64,000 nt of DNA, from NCBI GenBank assembly GCA_963806415.1, contig CAWDYD010000005.1, positions 327,279-391,278 of the forward strand, read 5' to 3'. Source of the DNA: an uncultured Actinomycetota bacterium. Its GTDB lineage: Bacteria; Actinomycetota; Actinomycetes; Mycobacteriales; SCTD01. Shown one piece after another: positions 25,474-35,067 of the stretch (positions are counted from its first letter, which is position 1; each line of letters starts with the position of its first letter). A model generated the notes under the pieces. The model saw only the letters and a list, made by a program, of their open reading frames with translations, was not told the DNA's origin and made no database searches. A program made the translations under genes and the position numbers.

Positions 25474-26640
25474 ATGCGCGACACCCTGAGGATCGGCGTC
25501 CTGACCCGCGAGTGGGCCCCGGAGATCTACGGCGGCGCGGGGGTGCACGTCGACCAGCTCGTTCCCCAGCTGCGCTCGGTCGGCCTCGACGTCGACGTGC
25601 ACTGCTTCGGCCCGCCGCGCGGCGACGCCACCGCGCACGCACCCGACCCGCGGCTCGCCGACGCCAACGCCGCCCTGCAGACGCTGTCGGTCGACCTGTC
25701 CATCGCGGCCGCCACCGCCGGCTGCGACGTCGTGCACTCCCACACCTGGTACGCCGACCTGGCCGGGCACCTGGCCGCGCTGCTGCACGGCGTGCCGCAC
25801 GTGCTCACCACGCACTCGCTCGAGCCGCACCGGCCCTGGAAGGCCGAGCAGCTGGGCGGCGGGTACCGGGTGTCGAGCTGGGTGGAGAAGGTGGCCGTCG
25901 AGGGCGCCGCGGCGGTCATCGCCGTCAGCGAGGGGATGCGGCGCGACGTCCTGGAGGTCTACCCGGACGTCGACCCCGACCGGGTGCACGTGGTCCACAA
26001 CGGGATCGACCCGCAGGTCTACCGGCCGGTGCAGGCCCCGGAGGTGCTCGCCCGGCACGGGGTCGACCCGGAGGTGCCGTACGCCGTCTTCGTCGGCCGG
26101 ATCACCCGCCAGAAGGGCCTGGCACACCTGCTGCGCGCCGCCGCCGACCTGCCGGGGCAGCTCGTGCTGTGCGCCGGCGCGCCGGACACCCCGGAGATCG
26201 CCGCCGAGGCGCAGCAGCTGGTGGCCGAGCTGCAGTCCCGCCGCGACGGCGTGGTCTGGATCCGCGACATGCTGCCCAAGGACGAGGTCGTCCCGCTGCT
26301 GGCGCACGCCACCGTGTTCGTCTGCCCCTCGGTCTACGAGCCGCTCGGGATCGTCAACCTCGAGGCGATGGCCTGCGGCACCGCGGTCGTCGCGTCCGCC
26401 GTCGGCGGCATCCCCGAGGTGGTGGTGGACGGCAGCACCGGGCTGCTCGTCGCCTACGACGAGGCCGACCCGGCGGCCTTCGAGGCCGGCCTGGCCGCCG
26501 CGGTGGGGACGCTGCTGGCCGACCCGGACCGGGCCGCCCGGATGGGCCGGGCCGGTCGCGAGCGGGCCGTCGAGCACTTCGGCTGGGACGCCATCGCCGC
26601 GCGGACCCGGCAGGTCTACGAGCTGGCCCGGCGGGTCTGA
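25474..26640 (+). CDS. glgA: Glycogen synthase / GlgM-type glycosyltransferase
   Basis: YGGAGVHV, HSHTWYA, FVGRITRQKG, YEPLGIVNLEAMAC; divergent from glgC. Confidence 0.95.
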   Translation: MRDTLRIGVLTREWAPEIYGGAGVHVDQLVPQLRSVGLDVDVHCFGPPRGDATAHAPDPRLADANAALQTLSVDLSIAAATAGCDVVHSHTWYADLAGHLAALLHGVPHVLTTHSLEPHRPWKAEQLGGGYRVSSWVEKVAVEGAAAVIAVSEGMRRDVLEVYPDVDPDRVHVVHNGIDPQVYRPVQAPEVLARHGVDPEVPYAVFVGRITRQKGLAHLLRAAADLPGQLVLCAGAPDTPEIAAEAQQLVAELQSRRDGVVWIRDMLPKDEVVPLLAHATVFVCPSVYEPLGIVNLEAMACGTAVVASAVGGIPEVVVDGSTGLLVAYDEADPAAFEAGLAAAVGTLLADPDRAARMGRAGRERAVEHFGWDAIAARTRQVYELARRV

Positions 26641-26929
26641 CCGCGCCCGCCACCGGCGCCGACGGGCGCCCGACCAGGGCCGCACGTCCCGGGTCACGCG
26701 CCGGCAGGCGTGACCTGATCGGGACCTTTCGCCCGTTCCGGCGGCGGGGTGTTGCCAGCCGGACGTGCTTGGGTAGCGTCCTGCTGACGCGCCGCACCAC
26801 GTGCGTCACCGACCGCCCGCGCTCGTCCGGGCCGAGCCGGGAACGGAGGGCGCGACCCATGTCAGGACCGGCCGTGTCGGGACGGGCCGGGTCCGGACCT
26901 GCCGCGCGCCCGGGACCCCGACGGGCGCC

Positions 26930-28357
26930 GTGAACGACCCCCTCCTGCGACTGGGCCGGGCGCACCGCGACCCGGGCGACCTGCTGGTCCGACGCAGCGC
27001 CTCGTACGGGCCGGACCCGACGAGCGCCCGGCAGGCCCGGCGGCTGCTCCAGGAGGCCCTCACGGCGGCCGACCGGATGCGCTGGGCGGACGCCGGCGAG
27101 CTGGCCCTCAGCGAGGTCGTCACCAACGCCGCTCTGCACGCGCACACGCCGTTCGACGTCGAGATCGAGGTGCACGCCGACCGGCTGCACGTCGAGGTGC
27201 GCGACGGCAACCCGATGCCGCCCCGCCAGCGCGGCTACGACACCCAGGCCACCACCGGCCGGGGGCTGGCCCTGGTCTCGGCGCTCGCCGACGAGTGCGG
27301 CGTGCACAGCGTCAGCCCCGCCGGCAAGGTCGTCTGGTTCTCCCTGGGTGACCAGGCCGGCGCGACCGCCGACGCAGCCCTGGCCGCCGCCTGGGGTGGG
27401 GCGCACGGCGACGACTGGCTCGAGGGCAGCTGGCAGGACAGCGCCTGGGACCTGGAGGCCGACCCCGGCGGGGCCGGGCCGGCACCGGGCACCCGGACCG
27501 TGACGCTGCCGTCGATGCCCGCCACCCTGTGGCTGGCGGCCGTCCAGCACCACGACGCCCTGCTCCGCGAGCTCGTGCTCTACCTCGCCGAGCACGAGGG
27601 CCCGCCGGTCGACCTGGCGCTGGCCGACGCCGCCCGCGGGCAGGTCGGGGCCGCGCTCAGCGCCGCCGTCGAGGCCGCGCAGCGGGCGGGTACCGCCCGG
27701 CCCCCCGTCCCGCCGGGCCACCCGACACCGCTGCCGCACGTGCCGGACACCCTCGACCTTCCGGTACCGGTCCCGGCGCACGCCGGCGCCTCGTACGCCG
27801 CCCTGCAGGACGCCCTGGACGTCGCGGAGCGCCTGGCGCACGCCGGCCGGCTGCTCGTCCGGCCCGGGCTGCCCGAGATCGTGGAGGTCCGGGACTGGCT
27901 CTGCGAGCAGGTCGTCGCCCAGCTGGCCGGCGTGCCCGCGGCGCCCTGGCCGGGCACCCACGCCCCCGACACGGAGCCCGAGCACGCGTCCCCCCGGCGC
28001 GCCTGGGACGACGCCCTGGTCCGCGACGCCGACCGGGGCGTGGTCGCCGTGGACGACGCGAACCGCATCGTGGCGGTCAGCCGCCCGCTGGCCGCCGCGG
28101 TCGGCTGGCTCGTCGACGACCTGGTCGGGCGGCGGGTGGTGGCGCTGATCCCGGACCGGCTGCGCGAGGCCCACGTCGCCGGCTTCACCCGCCACCTGGT
28201 CACCGGTGAGACGCACATCCTCGGCGTCCCGCTCATCCTGCCCGTCCTGCACGCGGACGGCTCGGAGATCGACTGCCACGTCCTGGTCGAGCCGGCGCCG
28301 CAGCCCGGCGAGCGGGCGATGTACCTGGCCTGGATCGAGCCCGTCCAGCCGGCCTGA
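26930..28357 (+). CDS. RsbW-like ATP-binding (HATPase_c) protein with C-terminal PAS domain
   Basis: LSEVVTNA, VEVRDG, TGRGLALV, GKVVWF; PAS VVAVDDANRIVAVS...LVGRRVVALIP...HADGSEI; start uncertain. Confidence 0.8.
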   Translation: MNDPLLRLGRAHRDPGDLLVRRSASYGPDPTSARQARRLLQEALTAADRMRWADAGELALSEVVTNAALHAHTPFDVEIEVHADRLHVEVRDGNPMPPRQRGYDTQATTGRGLALVSALADECGVHSVSPAGKVVWFSLGDQAGATADAALAAAWGGAHGDDWLEGSWQDSAWDLEADPGGAGPAPGTRTVTLPSMPATLWLAAVQHHDALLRELVLYLAEHEGPPVDLALADAARGQVGAALSAAVEAAQRAGTARPPVPPGHPTPLPHVPDTLDLPVPVPAHAGASYAALQDALDVAERLAHAGRLLVRPGLPEIVEVRDWLCEQVVAQLAGVPAAPWPGTHAPDTEPEHASPRRAWDDALVRDADRGVVAVDDANRIVAVSRPLAAAVGWLVDDLVGRRVVALIPDRLREAHVAGFTRHLVTGETHILGVPLILPVLHADGSEIDCHVLVEPAPQPGERAMYLAWIEPVQPA

Positions 28358-28383
28358 GCCGGTCTGCCGGCGGTCCGGCCGGT

Positions 28384-29964
28384 TCAGCCGGCCGCCCGCT
28401 CCAGCGCCTCGCGGTAGCGCCGGTGCGCGGCCGCGACCTGTTCGACCGGCTCGAGCAGCTCGGTCTCGGCGACCTGCTCGACGCTGCGCCGCAGCCGGTT
28501 CCGGGCCTGCCGGCCCCGACGTCGTGCGAGCCGGCGGACCAGCGGCCGGCTGCCGACCGCGAGCAGCGCTCCGCCCAGCAGGCCGCCGAGCAGCAGCAGC
28601 GGCGGCACCGGGACCAGTCCGACCCGCGGCAGCGGCAGCAGGCTGTCGAGCTGCAGCGCACCGAGCAGGGCGAGCGCGACCAGCCACAGCGCCCCGAGGG
28701 CCGCCACCGCGAGCAGGCCGGCCTGCGCCGCCCGGGCTCCGGCCCACCACGGCGGCGTCCGCTCGGCGCCGAGCTCGGTGCCGGCCACCGCCCGGTCCAG
28801 GCGCTCCGGCAGGCTCGCCTCCCGGGCCGCGAGCTCGCGACGCAGGCTGTCCCGCCAGGACGGCGGCAGCTCCTCGCCGGCGGCGTCGCGGACGGTGCGC
28901 AGCGCCGTCGCCAGCCGTGCGGTGCTGGCGCTCGAGGCGCCGGCCAGCGACGTGCGGCCGCGCTCGTCGGCCGGGCCGGACAGGTGCAGCCGGCGCAGCG
29001 GGTCGGCCCGCAGGCCCGCCGTCCAGCGCAGCACCGGCCACCCGGTCCGGGCCGCCCCGGAGCGCCGGACCGAGCCCTCGACCGCCGACACGACAGCCGG
29101 GACGCCGGCCGCGTCGCACAGCGCGTCGAGCAGCACCCGCCGGTCGCGGCGACCGACCTCGCCGGCCGTGCCGGCCACCCCGAACAGCGAGCCGGCCACC
29201 GCGGAGGCGTCGGCGGCGAGCCGGTCGGCGGCGGCCCGCGCGGTCCGCACCCGGCGCTCCAGCTCGGCGCGCAGGTCCGAGACCCCGGCGCCGGTGCGCG
29301 CCGACACCGCCAGCAGCGGGACCGTGGCGAGGCCCTCCGCGTCGAGCAGGCGGCGCAGGTCGGCCAGGCAGGCCTGCCGGTCGGCCGGCGCGAGCCGGTC
29401 GACCTGGTTGAGCACCACGACCAGCACCGAGGCGTGCGAGGCGTACGGCGCCAGGTAGCGCTCGTGGACGGCGGCGTCGGCGTACTTCTGCGGGTCCAGC
29501 ACCCAGACCACGACGTCGACGACCTCGACGAGCCGGTCGACCTCGAGCCGGTGCGACACGGTCGTCGAGTCGTGGTCGGGCAGGTCCAGCAGCACCAGCC
29601 CGTCGAGGGCCCGGGCCGGGCTGGTCACCAGGTGCCGCCGCGGCGCGCCCAGCCAGTCCAGCAGCGGAGCGCGGTCGGCCGCGGCCGACCACACCGCCGC
29701 GTGCGGCGTGCCGGTCGTCGGCCGGCGCACCCCGGGCGGGGACACCTGCTCGCCGAGCACGGCGTTGAACAGCGACGACTTGCCGCTGCCGGTGGCGCCG
29801 GCCAGGGCGACCACGGTCGCGTCGCCGAGCGCGGTCCGCGCGCCCGCCTTCGCCAGCAGCGCCCGGGCGGGCGCGAGGTGCTCCGGCGGCAGGTGCCCGT
29901 CGGCGGCGTCCACGGCGTCCCGCAGCCCGCCGAGCCGGTCGGCCAGGGCAGGCGTCCGGCTCAC
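28384..29964 (-). CDS. Dynamin-like GTPase with two C-terminal TM helices (DynB-like)
   Basis: GATGSGKSS, RRPTT, DLPDHDS, DPQKYAD, NQVD; hydrophobic hairpin near C-terminus. Confidence 0.85.
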   Translation of the reverse strand: MSRTPALADRLGGLRDAVDAADGHLPPEHLAPARALLAKAGARTALGDATVVALAGATGSGKSSLFNAVLGEQVSPPGVRRPTTGTPHAAVWSAAADRAPLLDWLGAPRRHLVTSPARALDGLVLLDLPDHDSTTVSHRLEVDRLVEVVDVVVWVLDPQKYADAAVHERYLAPYASHASVLVVVLNQVDRLAPADRQACLADLRRLLDAEGLATVPLLAVSARTGAGVSDLRAELERRVRTARAAADRLAADASAVAGSLFGVAGTAGEVGRRDRRVLLDALCDAAGVPAVVSAVEGSVRRSGAARTGWPVLRWTAGLRADPLRRLHLSGPADERGRTSLAGASSASTARLATALRTVRDAAGEELPPSWRDSLRRELAAREASLPERLDRAVAGTELGAERTPPWWAGARAAQAGLLAVAALGALWLVALALLGALQLDSLLPLPRVGLVPVPPLLLLGGLLGGALLAVGSRPLVRRLARRRGRQARNRLRRSVEQVAETELLEPVEQVAAAHRRYREALERAAG

Positions 29965-31673
29965 GCGTCCTCCCGCCGCGCCACCGCGAGCCCGGCCAGG
30001 GCGACCCGCAGCCGGGCGGCGGCGTCCGGCTCGGGCACCGCGGCGGCGACCAGGGACGTGAAGCGCTCGCGCTCACCGCTCAGCAGCTGCTCGGTGCGCT
30101 CGGCGAGGTCGTGGCGCGCCCGGACCGCCAGCGAGCGCACCGCGGCGTCCCCGAAGATCGCCTCCAGCACCTTCTGCCCCACCGCGCCGGTGCCGCCCGC
30201 CACCGCGACCTCGGCGCCGGTCAGCCCGCCGGTGTGCGCGAACACCGCGACCATGACGGCGAGCCCGGCCCCGTTCACCCCGAACGACAGCGCCCGGGCG
30301 GTGGCCCGCTTGTCCGTGCCCTGCTCCGCCACCAGCTCGAGCACCCGGCCCTGCCAGGCCCGCACCTGCCGGGCGGCGGCCTCGGCGAAGCCGGCGGAGG
30401 CGCGCTCCAGCTCGCGCTCCCGGCCGGCGAGCAGCCCGGCTCCCCCGGCCGTCGCCCGCCACGCGGCGACGGTCCGCTCGGCGGCGCCGTCCGCGGCGGC
30501 CCGCAGCAGCGCCTCGACCCCCGTCTCCAGGGCGACGGTGACGTCGGCGGCGGCGGCGGTGCGGCCGGTCACGGCCGCGGTCACCCGGTCCCGCAGCCGG
30601 CCGACCCGGGACTCCAGTCCGCGCATCCACTCCCCGGTCCCGACGAAGTCCTGCCAGCGGGCCAGCACCTCACCGCGCAGCAGCGTCCCGGACCGCACCC
30701 CGTCGTCGACCTCGCCGCAGGCGGTGGCGTACGCGCCGAGGGCCGCCCCGGCCAGGGACTGCGCCGCGGCGTCCTGCACGGCCACCGCGTCGACGAGCGT
30801 GCCGACCCGGTCGGTCAGGCTGCTCAGCGCGCCGTCCAGGGTCTGCCGGACGACGGCCGCGCGGGCCTGCTCGTCGGCCGCGAGGGCGTGCAGCCAGTCC
30901 CGGAGCGGGGCGACCGCGTCCTGCGCCAGCAGGCCACCGGGCAGCGGCCGCTCCTGGACGACGAACAGCCGGGCGGAGGCCAGACCGGCGTCGTCGAGCA
31001 TCGCCCGCAGGTCGTCGCGGACCTCCGCCTCGGCCTCCGGAGGGACCCGGTCGAGCACGACGGCGAGCGCCGCGCCGCGGGCCTGCGCGGTGCGCAGCAG
31101 GTCCCACGGGACGGCGTCGGCGTACCGGGCGGCGGTGGTGACGAACAGCCACAGGTCGGCGGCCGCGAGCAGCTGCGCGGCCAGCTCGCGGTTGCCGGTC
31201 ACGACGCTGTCGACGTCCGGCGCGTCGAGCAGCGCCAGGCCGGCCGGCAGGGCCGGCAGGTCGAGCAGGCGCAGCGCCCCGGACCCGGCGTCGCCCCCGG
31301 AGCCGGTGACCCGGGCCAGCGAGGGCAGCACCCGGTCGCCCTCGAACCAGCGGCGGTCGGCGGGCGCGCAGACCAGCACGGGCGCCCGGGTGGTGGGGCG
31401 CAGCACCCCGGCCGGCGAGACCGCCTCGCCCAGCAGGCTGTTCACCAGGGTGGACTTGCCCGCCCCGGTGGAGCCGCCGACGACCGCGAGCAGCGGCGCG
31501 TCCAGCGACTGCAGCCGGGGCAGCAGCGCGTCGTCGACCTGCCGGACGACCCCCACGGCGGTGCGGGCGGCGTCCGCCGCACCGGGGGTGTCCAGCCCCA
31601 GCCGGACGCCGGCCACCACGTCGCGCAGCGCGTGCAGCGCCCCGGCGGTGCGCTCCCCCGTCGCGATGCTCAC
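29961..31673 (-). CDS. Dynamin family GTPase (DynA-like)
   Basis: GGSTGAGKSTLVNSL, LRPTT, DAPDVDS, TTAARYADAVPW, LRGEVLARWQDFVG. Confidence 0.87.
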   Translation of the reverse strand: MSIATGERTAGALHALRDVVAGVRLGLDTPGAADAARTAVGVVRQVDDALLPRLQSLDAPLLAVVGGSTGAGKSTLVNSLLGEAVSPAGVLRPTTRAPVLVCAPADRRWFEGDRVLPSLARVTGSGGDAGSGALRLLDLPALPAGLALLDAPDVDSVVTGNRELAAQLLAAADLWLFVTTAARYADAVPWDLLRTAQARGAALAVVLDRVPPEAEAEVRDDLRAMLDDAGLASARLFVVQERPLPGGLLAQDAVAPLRDWLHALAADEQARAAVVRQTLDGALSSLTDRVGTLVDAVAVQDAAAQSLAGAALGAYATACGEVDDGVRSGTLLRGEVLARWQDFVGTGEWMRGLESRVGRLRDRVTAAVTGRTAAAADVTVALETGVEALLRAAADGAAERTVAAWRATAGGAGLLAGRERELERASAGFAEAAARQVRAWQGRVLELVAEQGTDKRATARALSFGVNGAGLAVMVAVFAHTGGLTGAEVAVAGGTGAVGQKVLEAIFGDAAVRSLAVRARHDLAERTEQLLSGERERFTSLVAAAVPEPDAAARLRVALAGLAVARREDA

Positions 31674-31699
31674 CGGCACAGCCTTCCCGACCCCGGCGC

Positions 31700-32539
31700 T
31701 CACCAGTCGAACGGGTCGGGCGCGCGGAAGTCGCCCACCGGGTCGGCGTCCGCGTCGGCCGCCACCAGCACGTCGTGCAAAGCGTCGAACACCCCCGGCG
31801 AGGCGGCCAGCACCATCGGGAAGCCGGCGGGGCGCCCCCGCAGGCCGCCCAGCCGGGCGCCGGCCTCGGTGGCCACCAGGCCGCCGGCACACAGGTCCCA
31901 GGGTGAGAGCCCCTGCTCGTAGTAGGCGTCCACCCGGCCGGCGGCGACCGCGCACAGGTCGAGCGCCCCGGCGCCGGCCCGCCGCAGGTCGCGCACGGCC
32001 GGCAGCAGCGACGGCAGCAGCGCGGCCTGCGCGGTGCGCCGCCGGGCGTCGTACCCGAACCCGGTGGCCACCAGGGCCTGTGACAGGTCGCCGACCCGGG
32101 TGCACGCCAGCCGGGACCCGTTCAGGTATGCCCCGCCGCCGCGGACCGCGGAGAACAGCTCGTCCTTGGCCGGGTCGTAGACCACCCCGGCGACCGCCTC
32201 GCGCTGCGGCCCGGCCTCGATCCCGATCGAGACCGCCCACTGCGGCAGGCCGTAGAGGTAGTTGACGGTGCCGTCGATCGGGTCGATCACCCAGCGCAGC
32301 CCGGTCGTCCCGGTCCGGCCGGCGCCCTCCTCCCCCAGCAGGCCGTCGTCGGGGCGGGCCGCCCGGATGCCGTCGACGAGCAGCCGCTCGACGGCCCGGT
32401 CCGCGGCGGTCACCACGTCGGTGGGGCTGCTCTTGGTCGTCTCGGCGCGGATGCCCTCGCGCATCCGCAGCGCGAGCGCGCCGGCCTCGCGGGCCAGCCC
32501 GGTGGCGATCTCGAGCAGAGCCGCGGGGTCGGGGGTCAC
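31700..32539 (-). CDS. suhB: Inositol monophosphatase family protein
   Basis: KSSPTDVVTAAD, LGEEG, WVIDPIDGTVNY, WDLCAG. Confidence 0.92.
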   Translation of the reverse strand: MTPDPAALLEIATGLAREAGALALRMREGIRAETTKSSPTDVVTAADRAVERLLVDGIRAARPDDGLLGEEGAGRTGTTGLRWVIDPIDGTVNYLYGLPQWAVSIGIEAGPQREAVAGVVYDPAKDELFSAVRGGGAYLNGSRLACTRVGDLSQALVATGFGYDARRRTAQAALLPSLLPAVRDLRRAGAGALDLCAVAAGRVDAYYEQGLSPWDLCAGGLVATEAGARLGGLRGRPAGFPMVLAASPGVFDALHDVLVAADADADPVGDFRAPDPFDW

Positions 32540-32684
32540 CCTGCCAGTGTCGGCCAGGCCGGCTCCGGCGCCGCGCGACGGGTGCCCGCACCGGCCTGCG
32601 ACGGACCCGCCGCGGGCGGCTCCCGGGCGCCGTAGTAGAACGGCGTTCGGTTTTAGCTTCCCGCCGCCTGCTCGAGGAGACCCT

Positions 32685-33875
32685 GTGGACCTGCGCTTCA
32701 GCCCGGCGGACGAGGAGTTCCGCAGCGAGCTGCGCTCGTGGCTCGCCACCGCGCTGCCCGAGGACATGCGCCGACCGGAGTTCTGGGCCGGCATGAGCGA
32801 CGACGAGCAGTTCCAGGTGCGCCGCGACTGGGAGGCCGGCAAGGCCCGCGCCGGGTTCGCCGGGATCCTCTGGCCGACCGAGTACGGCGGCCGGGGCGGC
32901 ACGCCGACCATGAAGGCCATCTACGACCAGGAGATGGCGCAGGCCAACGCGCCGACGACGGTCAACCCGCTGGGCCTGACCTTCCTCGCGCCGACCGTGA
33001 TGGCGCTGGGCACCGAGGAGCAGAAGCGGACGATCATCCGGCCGCTGCTGCACAACGAGGTCATCTGGTGCCAGGGCTTCTCCGAGCCCGGCGCCGGGTC
33101 CGACCTCGCGGCCCTGCAGATGCGCGCCGAGCGGGCGGGCGACGAGTACGTGCTGAACGGCCAGAAGATCTGGACGACGAACGCCCGGCACGGCGACAAG
33201 ATCTTCACGATGGCGCGGACCGGCCCGTCCGACGGCAGCAAGCACGCCGGCATCTCCATGCTGCTCGTCGACATGCACCAGAGCGGCGTCGAGGCCCGGC
33301 CGCTGAAGCAGATGACCGGCGCCAGCGAGTTCGGCGAGGTCTTCTTCACCGACGCGACCTGCCCGGTGGACGAGGTGCTCGGCGGCGAGGGCAACGGCTG
33401 GCAGGTCGCGATGCTGCTGCTGTCCTTCGAGCGCGGCAGCTCGGCGATCGGCCAGTACACCGAGTTCCACAAGCAGTGGGAGCAGGTCGTCTCGCTGGCC
33501 CACCAGGTCGAGCGCGGCGGCGCCACCGCCGCGGACGACCCGGTGCTGCGGCAGGCGATGGCCGCCGCGCTCATCGAGCTGGAGTGCCTGAAGTACCACT
33601 CCTGGCACATCCTCACCCAGACCTCGCGCGGGAAGGACCTCGGCTTCGAGGCCTCGATGACCAAGATCATGTGGTCGGAGACGTTCCGGCGGGTGAGCGA
33701 CACCTACGAGGCGGTGCTCGGCACCGGCTTCCAGGTCCCCGACCCGCTCCCCGGGCTCAACCTCGAGGAGCTCACCACGATGGCCATGTGGTCGCGCTCC
33801 TGCACCATCTGGGGCGGCTCTCAGCAGGTGCAGCGCAACATCGTCGCCGAGCGCGTGCTCGGTCTCCCCCGCTAG
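32685..33875 (+). CDS. Acyl-CoA dehydrogenase
   Basis: WCQGFSEPGAGSDLA, NGQKIWTT, FERG, TIWGGSQQVQRNIVAERVLGLP. Confidence 0.93.
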   Translation: MDLRFSPADEEFRSELRSWLATALPEDMRRPEFWAGMSDDEQFQVRRDWEAGKARAGFAGILWPTEYGGRGGTPTMKAIYDQEMAQANAPTTVNPLGLTFLAPTVMALGTEEQKRTIIRPLLHNEVIWCQGFSEPGAGSDLAALQMRAERAGDEYVLNGQKIWTTNARHGDKIFTMARTGPSDGSKHAGISMLLVDMHQSGVEARPLKQMTGASEFGEVFFTDATCPVDEVLGGEGNGWQVAMLLLSFERGSSAIGQYTEFHKQWEQVVSLAHQVERGGATAADDPVLRQAMAAALIELECLKYHSWHILTQTSRGKDLGFEASMTKIMWSETFRRVSDTYEAVLGTGFQVPDPLPGLNLEELTTMAMWSRSCTIWGGSQQVQRNIVAERVLGLPR

Positions 33876-33891
33876 CGGAAGGCACGTACCC

Positions 33892-35067
33892 ATGGAGTTC
33901 GCCCTCGACGACGAGCAGCGCGCCCTGCAGGACGCGGTGCGCTCCTACCTGCGGGACCGCTTCGGCCCCGCGCAGGTCCGAGCGCTGTACGACGACCCCG
34001 ACGCCGACGGCGTCCCCCAGGCGCTGTGGCAGGCCGTCGGCGAGCAGGGCTGGCTGGCCGTGCTGGTGCCCGAGGAGCACGACGGCATCGGGCTGGGCCT
34101 GCTGGACGCGGCGGTGATCGCCCGGGCGTTCGGCGCCGGCACGGTCCCCGGGCCCTGGCTCGGCACCGTGCTCACCGGTGAGGCCCTGCGGCTGGCCGGC
34201 AGCCCCGAGCAGCAGGCCGCGCTGCTCCCCCGGCTGGCGGCCGGCGGGCTCAAGGGCGCGGTCGCCCTGCTGCGACCCGGCTCCGCGTCCGAGCCGCCGG
34301 CCCGCGCCGCCGACGGCGCGCTGTCCGGGGCGCTCGGCCTGGTCGAGTACGCCTCGGTGGCCGACACCCTGGTCGTGGCGGCCACCGGCGCGGGCGGCCC
34401 GCAGCTGTACCTCGTGGACCCCCGCGGCCCGGGCGTGACGATGACCGAGCACGACGCGCTGGACCGGACCACGCGCCTGCAGACCGTCGTGCTCGACGGC
34501 GCCCCCGGCGAGCTGCTGGCGTCCGGCGACGCCGAGGTGCACGGCCTGCTGCTGGACCGGGCCGCGGTGCTCGCCGCCGCCGACCTCGCCGGCTCGGCCC
34601 GCAAGGCGGTGTCCGACACCGTGGAGTACGACAAGACCCGGGTGCAGTTCGGCAAGCCGGTCGGCTCGTTCCAGGCGCTCAAGCACGACCTCGCCGACCT
34701 GCACATCGCGGTGACGATGGCCGAGCACGCCGCGTTCTACGCCGCCCACGCGCAGGACGTCGACGCGCCGGACCGCCGGCTCGCCGCGTCCATCGCCAAG
34801 GCCAAGGCGAGTGACACCGCGAACGCCGCGACCGCGGCGATGATCCAGTACCACGGCGGCATCGGCTACACCTGGGAGCACGACGCGCACTTCTACTTCA
34901 AGCGCGCCAAGCGGCTGGAGTTCAGCTGGGGCGACGCCTCGCAGCACCGCGAGCGGATCGCGAGCCTGGTGATCGACGGTGCCCGGCCGGCCGGTCGGCT
35001 GTCCGGCAGCACCCCCGGCGGGTCGGCCGGCGTGCAGGGCACCGGCGTCGCGGCGGGTGCGGCGTGA
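33892..35067 (+). CDS. Acyl-CoA dehydrogenase (probable partner subunit)
   Basis: RVQFGKPVGSFQALKH, IQYHGGIGYTWEHDAH; lacks the SEP..GSD motif. Confidence 0.9.
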   Translation: MEFALDDEQRALQDAVRSYLRDRFGPAQVRALYDDPDADGVPQALWQAVGEQGWLAVLVPEEHDGIGLGLLDAAVIARAFGAGTVPGPWLGTVLTGEALRLAGSPEQQAALLPRLAAGGLKGAVALLRPGSASEPPARAADGALSGALGLVEYASVADTLVVAATGAGGPQLYLVDPRGPGVTMTEHDALDRTTRLQTVVLDGAPGELLASGDAEVHGLLLDRAAVLAAADLAGSARKAVSDTVEYDKTRVQFGKPVGSFQALKHDLADLHIAVTMAEHAAFYAAHAQDVDAPDRRLAASIAKAKASDTANAATAAMIQYHGGIGYTWEHDAHFYFKRAKRLEFSWGDASQHRERIASLVIDGARPAGRLSGSTPGGSAGVQGTGVAAGAA

